From Azolla caroliniana (lineage: Eukaryota; Plantae; Polypodiophyta): a DNA stretch of 64,000 nucleotides. Positions 20,848 to 34,900 of this stretch are shown in pieces. The stretch is from NCBI GenBank assembly GCA_043228905.1, contig JBHGNT010000001.1, positions 19,096,001 to 19,160,000 on the forward strand. The letters run 5' to 3'. A program made the translations under genes and the position numbers. The notes beneath the pieces are model-generated. The model made no database searches and was not told where the DNA came from. It saw nothing but the letters and a program-made list of their open reading frames with translations. The first letter of the stretch is position 1, and each line of letters begins with the position of its first letter.

Positions 20848-23800
20848 ACGGGGGTCCACAAACCTTGAGAAACAGAATCACTATGCTAAAAGGAGGAGCA
20901 AAACTAGAAGCTCCGAGGCAACGACCTCGAGATTCTACTTCGTCAATAGACGGCTATAGAGTTACACTCTCACTCTCACACACTTATTGTTACATAGTTA
21001 TAGAGGCAATGACCTTCTAAGTAACCTTTTAGCAACAACACATCATCATAACATTATGATTGCCCTAATTATTTACAAGTGTAGCCCATAAGGGCACATT
21101 TAGACTATTTACAAGTATAGTCTTCCAAGTTGGCTATCTACACGATTTCTCATCAACTCGGGCTCTTCTCTTCCCATCTGGAGGGATCCGTTTCCTAACA
21201 AACTCCCCCTTCACTCCGGCATGGGGTACTGCACCAATCCAATCTTTTGTCAGCACGCACTCAACTTTTCGGTTGGTAACACTTTAGTCAACATATTTGA
21301 TCCATTTTGGGTCGTGTGGACCTTCACTAGACGAACTCCCTTTCTTCTACTTTCTCTTGGAGCCAATGATACCTCCGTTGGATGTGCTTTGTCCTCTAGT
21401 GGTAGGCGGCATATTTCGCAAGGTGGATGGCACTCTGATTATCGCAATAGAGTCGGAATTCTTCCTGTTGAATTCCCAGCTCACTGATAAACTCCTTCAT
21501 CCATACGATTTCCTTGCCGGCTTGCGCTACGGCCATGTACTCGACTTCCATGGTCAACAATGCCACGGCCTTTTGCAACCTCAATTGCCACGAGACAGCT
21601 CCCCTTGCATACGTCATTACATATCTGGACGTGGATCGGCTGGTATCTGCATCACCCGACATGTCCGAATCCGTGTAACCTTCCAATGTGGGGTTACCTG
21701 AGCTGAAACGAACACACACGCTCGAGGTGCCTCTTAAGTACCGAAATATCCATTTCACGGCAGCCCAATGCTCTTTCCCGGGATTCCTCATATATCGGCT
21801 AACCACTCCGACGTCGTATCCAATGTTCGGCATGGTACACACCATTGCATACATCAGGCTTCCAACCGCCGAGGCATAGGGGACTTTTGACATCTCGGCC
21901 TTTTCGGTTTTTGATTTTGGACATTGATCTTTACTCAACTTGCAGTTCGTTGGCAATGTCGAGCCGACTGGTTTCGCGCCTTCCATGCCAAATCTTTGGA
22001 TCACCTTTGTCACATATTTCTCCTATGACAGCCATAGCAATTTATTTGTTCTGTCCCGAACAATGTGCATCCCTAGGATTTTCTTTGCCGGACCCATATC
22101 TTTCATCGAGAATGACTCGTTCAAGGCCTTCTTTAGTGCTCAGATCTTCATATGGTCCCAACTGACAATTAGCATGTCATCCACGTACAACAAAAGGATG
22201 AGGAAATCTCCTCCATCGAACTTCTTCAAAAATATGCAATGATCGGTCTGCGTTTTGTGGTACCCATTTTCGGCCATGAAGGATTCGAATTTCTAGTACC
22301 ATTGCCATGGAGCCTGCTTCAACCCGTACATGCTCTTCCTCAATCGACATACCAGGTTTTCTTTAACGTTCGTTACGAATCCTCCCGACTGTTGCATATA
22401 TATCTCCACTTCGAGATCTCCATGCAGAAATGTCGTCTTGACATCCAATTGTTCGACTTCGAGATCCATGCTAGCCGCAATGCTCAGCACGGTTCGGATG
22501 GATGTCATCTTCACTACTGGGGCAAATATTTCGTCTAAATCCACGCCCTTCTTCTGTTGAAACCCTTTTACGACAATTCGTGCTTTGTATCTGGGTGGAT
22601 TTCGGCCATCTCCTAGTTTCAACTTGTATACCCACTTATTTCGGAGTGCATTCTTCCCCTTCGGCAACTCGGTCAGTTCATATGTGTGGTTCTCATGCAA
22701 GGAATCCATCTCCTCTTGCATGGCACATAACCACTCTCGGTCGTGGGTATCTTTCTTAGCTTATTCGTAGCTTTCCAACTCCCCCTCATCGGTTAACAAT
22801 ACGCGTTCTTCATCCGGAAATCTTCGGGGGGCTGTACGCTCTCTAAGGGGTATCTTCGGCCTACGTTCGATACGGTTAGTTCGTCCTCAACCTCTTCGTC
22901 CGAGTCGATTTTGGTTTCTGTTCGGCCGACTCCCCTTGATCATCAGTCGTTTCTCGATTTTGCTGAGTATTAGATCGATCGACTGGTACGGGTTCAATTT
23001 CGATCGAACTGTCTTCTACACAATCCAGCCGAGCATTGACTCAGCTCGATTCGGTGGTTGGAGACTTTTTCACATTCTCCCAATCAATCATTGTCTTCTC
23101 TTCCATGAAGACAATGTCTCGGTTCCTAATCACCTTCACCTTCTTCTCGGCTAAGTCCCATAGCCAATAACCGAACTCATCATTGCCGTAACCGAGAAAT
23201 ATGCATGGCCGAGATTTCGGGACTAATTTCTCCCTTTGGTCCTTTGCCACATGCACAAAAGCAAGACAACCGAACACCCTCAAATGTTGGTACGACACGT
23301 CTTTGACGCGCCACACCCGTTGTGGAATATCACCGTCCAAGGGTAATGAGGGTGATCGGTTTATCACATATGCTGTTGTCATTAGCGCCTCAGCCCAAAA
23401 CATTTTCGGTAATTTCGCATGTGCAAGCATGTTTCAAACTCTCTCCATTATGGTCCAATTCATTCTCTCGGCCAGCCCATTCAACTCTGGCATTTTTGGC
23501 ACGGTATACTCAAGCTGGATTCCTTCTTTTCGGTAATATTCTTCGAATGGTCCGCGGGACTCTTCACCATTGTCCGATCGGACTGCCTTCAACTTACGAC
23601 CGGTTTCTCTCTAGGCCCTTGCTTGGAACTCCTTGAAGACGGATAACACTTAATCCTTCGCCTTCAGCACGGAAGCCCACCACTTCCGGCTATAGTCTTC
23701 TATAAAGGTCACGAAATATTGTGAACCATTATGCGACTTTGTGTCCACGTAGCATACATCCGTATGCACAAGTTCTAGCGGTATTTTCTTCCTCATTGGG

Positions 23801-24299
23801 GGCCTTGTTCAGAAGGATGTTGGATTTTGCTTACCGGCCAAGCAATCTGTGCATTTCTCAAGTTGCACATTCTTCACCTCCGGAATGAGGTTATCCTCAG
23901 CAAGCTTCTGCATCCCCTTTTGGCTCATGTGGCACAACCTCCTGTGCCACAGTTCACCGATTGTTTCGGCTACCACATTCACTTCCCCATGGCATAATCG
24001 AGCATTCATTACGTACAGTGTGTTGTTTTCCGTGCTCGAGCCACGATTAGGCTCCTCTTGCAGAACGTCATGACACCATTCTGGATGCTACCCGTGTAGC
24101 CTTCATCATCCAGCCGACCTGCTGATATCAGGTTCAATTGAACCTCCGGAATGTGTCGAACATCTCTCAGCACGAGTCTGCGGCCAGTTGAGGTCACCAA
24201 ACACACGTCTCCAATGTGGATGATTCGGCATGCTCCTTCATTTCCCATCTTTACGAAGATGCTTACCCCAGCTTTGCCCGTTATACGATCCTCCATGAC
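20848..24299 (-). mobile_element. Ty1/copia element 1 (Tnt1/Tork-like), 5'-truncated
   Basis: PR tail, INT (FWAEAL), RT (LDVKTTFLHG, YVDDML) and RNase H (DNQSAIHLAK); PPT GAAGGGGGAG abutting a partial 3' LTR ending at 21200. Confidence 0.9.
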
Positions 24300-27200
24300 C
24301 TAGCGGAACCATGGGACTAGTTGAAGTAGCCTCTCCATTGTTAGCGTTATCTCACAACCTGCCAGTGCTCGCCATATGGAATTCAGAGATATTACCTCTT
24401 CCTCCAACGGCTCCATCGTGTTTGTGGACTCCTTCCGCGTGCGTTCCGTATTTGCCACGTTTGCTTTTCCAACCCATGCTTGGGTCGTCTGATGTATCTC
24501 ACCTTGCGTGGCCCAATCAACATTTTTTGTTTGTTGGCGTGTCGTGACTTGTTGCACTTCAGCCGTAATCGTATTGACGGCGGGCCCCTCGCCCTTGTGT
24601 AATGGGCATTGCGTAGTGTTCGGGTTGTTGGAAAACAAAACAATGGACACTAGATTCGCCTTTCTCAGCAACTGGTGGTGTGTGTTGATCCCCAGGTGTG
24701 ACTTGCTCCTCCCAGGTCCTGGTTTGTTCTTCAGAGCGTACGCAGTGGTTGTTGTTGGTCCCGGCGTGGTTCTTGGTGCCGGTTCTCGTCCGAACTTTCC
24801 TCGTACCACCGTTGGTCCCGATACTGACGATGTTTTCTGCGAGGCCCATTGAAGCTGCCACGTTTGTTCGTCGGACGGTAATTCTCGTAGCGTCGGTTGT
24901 TGAGAGACAAGCTCAACATTTGTGCATAATACGATGCGTAACCAGTGTGTAGACTGGGTGCATAAAACCGGTACACAGACCGGTGCGTAGAAAGGCCGTA
25001 TCGGTGCGTAGACCGAAAGGCCGTTAGAAAGATATTCCTCGTAAGGAATAGTTTTAGGAGTAAGTGTCGAGGCTCATTTATGAGCAGTCAAGTACTGTCA
25101 GTACTTGTGTCAGCCGTTGTCAGGGCTTGTATAAAAGTGCTCACTGAGCACATCCTATGTAGAGATTGAGTATTATTTTCGAATTTAAGTTCTTGTGTTA
25201 CTCTCTCTCTGTCTCTCCTTTGCGTACTGTGAAAACCTAAGCTTTCCATTAAACCTGCGTTTTCTGTTGTTCGGTTTTCCTATATTGCTTTCGCACGCCA
25301 TTCTTTTCATGGTATTAGAGCACGAGGGTTGAGAACCTCTGCAGCTGACTTTGCTTGAAGGAAAAACCAACGAAGAAGAACAAGAAAACCGATGGACAGA
25401 GGAATGGCTAGCTCGCTTCCAACGGAGAAGCTCGATAGAACCAACTACGCATCTTGGTCCTACAAGATGCACCAGTACCTGCTTGGACACGGTTACTGGA
25501 GCTATGTCGATGGAGCAAATGACACAGCACCCAATTCGACACACAAAGACTTCCCGGCGTGGGAACAATCGGCAAGCAGAGTGCTATACTGCTTCACGTC
25601 TTGTGTGGGTGAATAGCTGCTAAGCTACGTTCGGGATGCAAAAACGCCAAAGGGTGCATGGGAAAATCTAAAGAAGATTTTCGCCGCGAGCACCACAGCT
25701 AGGAAGCTTCAGCTTCGACGGGAGTTGAGCAACCTACGACAACGCAATTTGTCAGTAGCTAACTATACCTTGAGGATTAAGGACATATGCGGCTCCTTAG
25801 CTTCCATCGATGTGAACATCGAGGAAAGCGAGATGGTCCAGGTCTATCTCGGGGGTTTGGCGTCAAAGTTCGGGGCATTCCGAACTGCAGTGTGTACCTG
25901 GGAGAATACGTCGTCCTTTTTCGACTTACAGTCGATGCTCCTGGTAGAGGAGAACCACGCGGGTGCGTCGACGAGCACGCACACCGACAGCAAGATGTTG
26001 TACACGGAGGGAGAAAGGCCCTGTGGTCGTGGCGGACGAGGTGAGTCGGTATGCAATGGAGACGGCCGACGGGATCAAGGAAGAACGCACCGAAGTGATG
26101 CCGACAGCAATTCCAGACCCTCCAGAAACAGGGGGAGTCGAGACGACGAGAACCAGAAAGGGAAATCCGCCACGGAATGTTGGTACTGTGGCAAGAAAGG
26201 CCACAGGGAGAGCGAGTGCTGGAAGAAGCGCGCCGAGTCGGAGAGGTCTGGTTCCGGACATACCGACAAAGGAAATCGGCAGCGATCGCACTACGCCGAA
26301 GGATCCGGAAAAACCGGAAAAGGGTTAGTCTTCGTGACGAGACACGAAGCAAACTCAATGAAACAGTCCGCCCCGAAATCAGACGAGGTGTGGTATGTCG
26401 ACTCCGGCGCGTCAAACCACATGACGTGCCACAAGGAGTGGTTCTCATACCTTGAGAAACCGACGCAACCAGGAGTAGTCGCAACTGGAGACGACACTCC
26501 GCATCCGATCGTGAATGTCGGTGAAGTTCCCTTGAGCCATGTCGGGTAGAAAGGGAAACTTATGAACGTGCTACACATCCCGACCATCACGAAGAATCTG
26601 GTGTCGGTCGGGCAGATTGTCGACCAGGGGATGCAGGTTCGGTTTACACATCTTGGGTGCTTCATTGAGGAAGAAGGTCGTATTATTGCGCAAGGGCGTA
26701 AAGATGGGAGGATATTTATCCTCGACTCTACTGACGGTGGCACTGCAATGTTCGCGAAGGGACAAAAAGTCGAGTCGGACATCGACTTATGGCACAAACG
26801 GATAGGCCACGTCAACTACCAGCGGCGTCAAGACCTGCAATCAAAACAAGTGGTGTTTGGATTGCCCAAATTTAGTGGCCGGAAGGCACAAATTTGTGAA
26901 GCCTGCCAGCTTGGGAAGCAACACCAACTTCCTTTCCCAAACGAGCGTAACCGAAGCCGGAACAAGCTAGACTTGATACACTCTAATGTGTGGGGGCCAG
27001 CACAAAATGTTAGCCTTGGCGGGAGCCGAAATTTTGTCTCCTTCATCGACGACTACACGCGGCACACGTGGATCTACCTCATTGAGAGGAAAAGTGAAGT
27101 CTTCGACTGTTTCCGGGACCTCAAAGGGTTCGTGGTAATGGAAACAGGAAGAAAGATCAAGTGCCTGCAGTCGGATGGCGGAAAAGAATACTTTTCCGGT

Positions 27201-29877
27201 CAATTCAACGGTTATCTACAACAGATGGGAATTTGGCGCAAATTCAGTTGTAGATACACGCCGGAGCAAAACGGCGTGGCCGAGAGAAAAAATCGGTCAA
27301 TTGTGGAAGCTGCACGCGCAATGCTGGAGGAGAAGAGCTTGCCCAAGTTTTATTGGGCCGAGGCGGTAAGAACCGCTGTATACATCCAGAACCGGATCGA
27401 AGAAAAAGTGTCGGCGTACGAGCTATACTTTGGAACAAAGCCAAAATTGCGACACTTACGAGTTTTCGGTAGCATTGCGTATGTACATGTGCCGAAGGAG
27501 AAAAGGAGGAAGTTGGACACAAAAGCCGAGAAGTGTAAATTGGTCGGCTATTCGGACGAGCAGAAGGGTTATAAGTGCTATAACCCGCGTACCAAACAAC
27601 CGTGTGTGAGCCGCGACGTTGTGTTTGATGAGTCCGCGTCCTGGTACTTGCCTCTGACTCCGGACCTCACCTCCAATCCGAGTTCTGACGATGAGGACAG
27701 TGAGGCCCAGGTGACTCCGGCTGAGCTTGAAATCGGGACCCCCGAAGAGAGTCCGATTTCGGTTCGGTTAAGTGGACCGAATGGACAATTGAGTCGGTAC
27801 GACCAGTCCGATGAAGAGCCGGCGAGTAGTGGAGACTCGGCCGTGCATTCCCCACGTTGGAAGCTGAGGAGACAGCTTACGCGCGAAGAGAAAGGGAGGA
27901 AGAAGGTGCCAGATTCCGGCACGGATAGGAACGAGTCAGACCGACGCAAGTCCGACTCCGAGGGAGGCGGTGACGGGCCTTCAGGACCGAAGTCCGCATC
28001 GGCCGAGAAGACCTCGACATCGGCTAATAACCGATTACGCCGATCTACCCGCCAAAAGAACCCGATTGTGCGGTTCGGATACAACGAGTACATGGCGCAT
28101 CACTATGCGTACATGACCCGTGTAGCGGAAGTGCGTGAGCTAGAGAGCTACGCAGAAGCGGCGAAGGACGCGAATTGGCGCGCCGTGATGGAGGAAGAGA
28201 TGCACGCATTGGCGGAAAACGAGACCTGGGACCTGGTTGACGCACCGAAGGGTGTGAAGCCGATCGGATGTAGGTGGGTGTACAAGGTCAAGTACAACAC
28301 CGACTGCTCGGTCAACCATATACCGGGGTCATTCCTCTTGGCACCTTTGCTCATTCCGGCGAGTGGGGCGTTGTGTTTCCACGCTTCGTACTATGGGCGT
28401 GGATCTGTTCAACATATTGTACTCACACTGCTCGACCGTGTGTGCTTTCAAGTGACAGATTGGGCAATGGATTCGCATGTTGTAGTTGACTGCGGAATGC
28501 CCAGAATTCAAGCAAATCGTGCAGTGGATTGCCTAGCGGAAGTGTCGTTCCTCGTCCTAAAGTAACGCTTGCCATAATGAGGACATGGAAAACCGTTCTT
28601 CTTCTTCGTCCAGCTTGAGCTGTAGCGCTCGTTCTATGACCATGTCGGCCGTTTCTCCTTTCACGCTACTGTTGTTGAGCGTCATCTGTATTGGTCATCG
28701 TAGAGCTGTTAGGAATGTCTCCCGAGCCTCGTCCTCTATCGGCCCCCGTTCTAACTTCCGTCGTAGATTTTGGAAGCATAAACTAAAATCTGCTACAGTC
28801 TCAATCGACAACTGTTTAATTGTATAAAACTGCCCGAGGATTTCGCGTTGCGGCACCTTCCAAGGAAAGAAACGCAAAAAAACCGACTGCAGCTGGTCAA
28901 AGGTCTTGATTGCTAGCAGATCCATCTACGAATGCCAAAACGCCGCTCTCCCATCCAGAGTTAATCCGAACTCTGTCGTTTTGGACTGGTGCGCAACTTC
29001 TTCAGGAAGGCTCTACGCCATGTGATTTGCATTCCAGACATTTAGGAACAGGTGAATGTGGATTGTGGCGTCGGTTTCGCCGTTGAAGCGGGGATACGAG
29101 AAGGCCATGCTGGACACTACGGTGGGCAGGGAAGGACCACGGTGCTTGTGTGGTGAGCGAACTTGTTGCCTGTTGTCGGGGTATTTGGTGAGCGAAAAGT
29201 CGTCTTTGTGGTCCCGACTAGTATCACTGAGGTTACTGAGGCGAGGTTTTTTCCGTGCGCGTTCCTCTGCGTGGCGTGTGATGGACCTTGTGATTGGTTG
29301 ATCTTGTCGTGTTGGTTCTCTGGGATGTCTGCAGCTAAACATCCATTCGTCGTTGTTCGTTTGTGAGAAGACACAGATCACCAACTGTGCCAAAAGTGTT
29401 ACCGATTAGGAACACGGTCTTCAGTTAGTCCTTTGACCTAGACCTCAAGGTGACTGCATAGCCCCGAATGGTACTGTTGTGTCATAATACGTAATGGGAT
29501 AACTCTCTGTATCCTAGCAGCGTATACGAGAGACGACTACAACTGAACTCCCTAGACAGTGCACTTGTCACAGCAGTCGCACTTACGCCTACGCTTCTTA
29601 CGATTACAGTGATTACAATATGCCACCAAGAACCACAGACACACAGTAGATTAACCATAGATATGCATAGGGTATCAGAGAAGATAACACTCTATTAAGA
29701 TACGCTCTATGCATCAAAATTTACACGCTACCTCTATCAGAGGATTTCTGCCCTTTATATACACAAGGTCTTTTAGCCGTTCACGCTTCCCGTGTGAGCC
29801 GTTTACATGCGTTACGTTTATACTATATTCTATATTTCTGCACTCCTGTCCGTCGGTTACTATTCCGACGGACAACA
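24300..29877 (-). mobile_element. Gypsy family C 5' part (LTR 29397-29877, gag), interrupted by copia 2
   Basis: Gag homologous to A/B (ITLTMERLLQLVP; CPICHLKAHTVEQC); PBS-like TGGCACAGTTGG after the LTR; target site TCGGT at 24893-24897 and 28308-28312. Confidence 0.8.
24898..28317 (+). mobile_element. Ty1/copia element 2, 3'-deleted
   Basis: 5' LTR 24898-25309, PBS TGGTATTAGAGC (Met-i), gag (KLDRTNYASW, CWYCGKKGH), PR (VDSGASNHM), INT, and an RT start truncated at KYNTDCSVN. Confidence 0.9.
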
Positions 29878-30156
29878 GTTCTCAACATCTAGCATCAGAG
29901 CTTGGTGTTCTTGATTCTGTTGTCGTCGTCTACTTTATCTCCATCAGCAACTCTTCCTCTGTACACCTTGAAGACCTCGATTGGCAACTCCCGAAAAGAT
30001 CATATTTGACGAAGAGAGACAACTGAAGGTCTACGAGGAATAACATTCTAACGGCCTCCCGGTTTACACACCGCTACGGCCATATTGTGCGTACGGTTTT
30101 ACACACCCAGTATACGCACTAGGTTACGCACCCAATGTTGAGCTTGTCTCTCAACA
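29878..30156. repeat. Copia debris: second copy of the copia-3 LTR end/PBS/leader plus an inverted copia-2-type LTR end
   Basis: 29878-30030 repeats 30220-30371; ~30040-30156 is the reverse complement of the copia-2 LTR start (TGTTGAGAGACAAGCTCAACA). Confidence 0.75.
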
Positions 30157-31948
30157 ATTGTATTTGTTTATGATCTTCTATTCAAAAGAATGTTAATTTG
30201 TTCTGCACTAGACGACCGTGTTCTCAACATCTGGTATTAGAGCTTGGTATTCTTGATTCTGTTGCCGCCGTCTACTTTATCTCCATCAACAACTCTTCCT
30301 CTGTACACCTTGAAGACCTCGATTGGCAACTCACAACAAGATCATATTTGACGAAGATAGACAACTGAAGGTATGCACCCCATTGTTCAAAATCACTCTT
30401 GAAGTAAGTCAGTCAGTTGTACTTCGACCTTGTAATTGTCGTTGTTTGGAGTGAAACCCTTCTCTTGATCAAGCCACACTTGCACTTCATCCGGTTAGGC
30501 GAAAATCAAATAGGTCATCTGACGTTATTCACTCACTCACCATAACAACTCGAAGCGAAGTCGGCACCAGGGTACAACCCCAATCCATGTTTCATTCGGT
30601 TGAACGAAATTCGGGAGGACCAGTCGGCTCCGTCCCTCTCATTGTTGCAATCATCCGAAACAAGATCGGCCTGGATAATTGGCACAAACATTTGTGATCA
30701 GTTTTTCGATATTTGCAAAATTTGGATCCAATTCGACTACGCTGATCAGTCATAGTCACTCTTGATCGAATCTCTCAACATTCGAAATCCTATCGGCTAA
30801 TCGGCATGTTCGTGTTCAATTCGGCTAAGTCAATCGACTGTAACCACCTCAAACAGAATCCTCCAACAAGTCAAAATCAGTTAAATTTGTGTTCGAATCC
30901 AACTAGAACAATTCGGGTGAGCCAGTTGGTTGCACCCAACCACCGTTCGTAATCGACCCCGAATAGAGTTCACCTTACTGACATGGATGGCATCAACATC
31001 CGACTCGTCAGAGATGAATCTGAAGAAGTTCGACGGATCGAACTTCAACTTCTGGAAGGAGTAGATGCAAGACTACCTGATAGTCAATGGGCAAATCGAC
31101 CCCATCGAAAACGAAAATGCCTCAAAAGGATACACGTCGCTTGAATGGGAGAAACTCGACAGAATTGTCCGAGCCACAATTTGGATGCACCTATCGAAGT
31201 CTGTGTACTTCATGGTGCAATCGTGTTCGACTGCCTTTCAACTATGGAAGACATTGTCGGATACTTATCAGAAGCAGGTAGCCGCAACCAAGATATATCT
31301 GATTCGGTGCTTTTATAATCATTGGATGAAAGAATCTGGCTCGGTCTAGGCACATCTGAACGAGTATGAAAGCTTAAGTTCCCAAATTGTGGCTCAGGGG
31401 ACAACTATCGAGGATGAACTAAGAGCAATGTTGCTTCTGAGTAGTCTCCCCCCTTCGTGGGAAACTTTCGTTACAACTGTGCAATGCGTCGACTGTTGCT
31501 GTTAAGTACTCCTCAGTCACAAGCGCAATTCTGACTAAAGCAACTTGGAGAAAATCATTTGCAAACGATTTGGCCAACGATGCTTATGTAGTACAAGGTT
31601 CGCCCAACAGATTGAACAACCAAGGAAGAGGTTCTTCATGGCAGCCGAACAACCAGCGAAGTCGTTGTACATGTCGGGATAATTGAGTTTGCAACTATTG
31701 CAAGAAACCCGGACACATCAAAGCCGATTGCTGCGCACTCAAGGCTAAAATCGAAAAGGCTCAGTGAGCTTATCAGAAGAGTGGTCGGCATGAAGAGGTC
31801 AATTACGTCGGCTCTTCCGCCGAAATACTGTCGAGCGACCCAAACATACTATCCATTGAGAACCCAATCGAATCAGAAATTCTACTTACGATAGAGGAAT
31901 CAAGCACATGGCTCTTGGATTCAGGCGCCTCAAATCACGTGACCCCTC

Positions 31949-34900
31949 TGTCGAGGATTAGCACGGAATATTTCTTGGCCACAACCAAGTCTTGAATCAC
32001 TTCTATGAGAGTGAAACACAGAAATGGGAATTGGAGAGTACACAACGGAAATACACAGGATGTTTACGTGGAAAACCCAAATAGGGAAAAAACCACGGGA
32101 GCCCATGAACTCCAACTATCACTATGGGAGAAAGGTACAATTAGAGCCTCGGAGGCAATGACCTCGAGCTCTGTATCTTCGCCAACCAGCAGTTACAACA
32201 AAGTATCTCTCTATATCTCACACTCTCTCTCTCTGTCGCTCTCTGTACAACAGTTACAATAGTATGACAACTACAACAACCTTACAAAGTGATTGCCCTA
32301 AGTCATATTTATACTTATATGAACTTAGGGCTATTTACAAATACAGCCTCAATAGGCTTACTCAAAACATATTTACTGATATGTCTTCTCTTCCAGTTCT
32401 CACCAGGTCCTCTTTATTCATCACCGGATCCCATCCGGAGAGACCGGTTTCCCAACAATCTCCCCCTTCACTCCGGCATGGGATATCTTGTCAGCCTGAT
32501 CCGCTTTCAGCACGCGTCCAGCTTGTTGGTTGTCAAGACCTTGGTCAGCATGTCCGACATGTTCTCCTCCGTGTGGATCTTCGTCAGCACGAACTCTTGA
32601 TCTTCTACTCTTTCCCAGATCTAGTGGTACCTCCGTTGGATATGTTTCGTCTGGGAATGGTAGGCCGTGTTCTTTGCAAGGTGGATGGCACTTTGACTAT
32701 CGTAGTAGAGCCGATATTCCTCCTGTTGGATTCCTAGCTCTCCGATGAATTCCTTCATCCAAATTATCTCCTTACCGGCTTCTACAGCTTCCATGTACTC
32801 CACCTCCATGGTTGACAATGCAACCGTCTTCGACAGCCTTGACTGCCACAAAATAGCTCCCCCTGCATAGGTCATGACATATCTAGATGTAGACCGGCTG
32901 GTATCCGCATCAGCTGACATATCTGAATCCGTGAATCCATCAAGTTGGGGATTACCAGAGCTAAACCGGAGGCACATACTCGAGGTGCCTTCAAATACCA
33001 GAGTATCGACTTGACCGCGTTCTAGTGCTCTTTGTCGGGATTACTCATGAAACGGCTCACCACTCCAACTGCATATCTGATATCCGGTCGGGTACATACC
33101 ATTGCGTACATCCGGCTCCTGACGGCAGGGGCATATGGTATCTTCATCATATCCGTCTTCTCCGCCTTTGTCCTCGAGCTTTGCTTTCCAGATAACTTGC
33201 AGTTTGCTAGAATTGTCGATCCGTTTGGTTTCGCCTCCGACATGTTGAACCGTTGAAGCACCTTTGTCACATACTTCTCCTGTGACAGCCACAACAGCTT
33301 CTTCGACCGGTCTCGGATGATGTGCATTCCCAATATTTGTCTTGCTGAACCCAAGTCTTTCATTGAGAAGGTCCGGTTCAGAGCCTTCTTCAGCATCCAA
33401 ATCTTGCCTTGGTCTTGTCTGACGATCAGCATATCATCCACATTTAGGAGTATCAGGAAATCTCCTCTGTCAAATTTCTTCACAAACACACAGTGATCGG
33501 CTTGTGTTTTGTGGTACCCTTGGTCGGTCATGAAGGAGTCGAACTTCCGGTACCATTGCCAGGGGGCTTGCTTCAGTTCGTATAGGCTCTTCTTTAGTTG
33601 GCACACCAGGTGCTCCTTCCCTTTCCTCTCAAATCCCTTTGGTTGGTGCATGTAGATCTCTTCGAGGTCACCATGTAGGAATGCCGTCTTGATGTCCAGT
33701 TGTTCTACCTCGAGGTCCATGCTTGCCGCTATGCCCAATACCGTCCGGATGGATGTCATCTTTACTACCAGGGCAAAGATCTCATCGAAATCCACTCCTT
33801 TCTTCTGCTAGAAGCGCTTCACTACGATTCGGGCCTTATACCTAGGTGGATTTCTGGCATCTCCCAGTTTCAACTTGTACACACACTTATTCTGGAGTGC
33901 TCTCTTCCCTTTCGGCAACTCCGTCAGTTCATATGTGTGGTTCTCATGTAGGGAATCCATCTCATCATGCATGGCACTCAACCACTTGTGGTTGTGGGTG
34001 TCTCTCTTTGCTTCTTCGAAGCTTTCCGGCTCCCCCTCATCGGTTAGCAACATATGCTTTGCATCCGGAAATCTCAAGGGGGCTCTTCTCCCTCGGAGGG
34101 GATATCTCCGTCCCTGGTTTCTAACTGTCGGTTCCTCCGTTTATTCTGAATCCGAATCTGATTCGGGATCTTGTCCGGTTCCGGTGTCTTCTTCTTCTTC
34201 TTCTTCTTCTTCTTCTTCTTCTTCTTCGGTCAGTTCGATTTCTTGTCTGTGTCCGGTCGGTTCATCGAGTGTCATCCGGTTACCGGCTAGCGTCTGGTTT
34301 TCAACCGGGTAAGTCCTTGTGTCCTCGAGCCGGTTTTCAATGAATGATCCGGAGTTCATCACCTTCTCTGACTCCCAGTCAGCAATGGTCCTGTCTTCCA
34401 TGAAGACTATGTCCCGACTCCGGAACACCTTCTTGTCAACCAGATCCCACACCCGGTAACCGAACTCATCATCGTTGTATCCAAGGAATATGCATGGCCT
34501 AGACTTCATAGCCAGCTTTGCTCTCTTGTCCTTTGCAACATGCACATATGCGAGACACTCGAACACCTTCAGATGCCGGTAAGATACATCTTTACCAGTC
34601 CATACTTTCTGAGGTGAGTCTCCTTCCAAGGGTGTTGAGGGTGATCTATTTATCACATAAGTCATCGTCGTCAGCGCCTCAGCCCAAAACGTCTTGGGTA
34701 ACTTTGCATGTGCTAACATGCTCCGGACTCTCTCCATTATGGTTCGGTTCATCCTTTCAGCCAGCCCGTTTAGTTCTGGCATCTTCGGCACAGTAAACTC
34801 GAGTCGGATTCCCTTCGACCGGCAGTACTCCTCGAATTACCCCCGGTATTGTCCTCCATTATTTGCTCGAACCACCTTCAACTTCCGGCCGGTTTCTCTT

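Noticed and set aside
26562-28565. 667-aa ORF as a novel fusion protein
   Set aside because: Copia pol running through a deletion junction into antisense gypsy gag.
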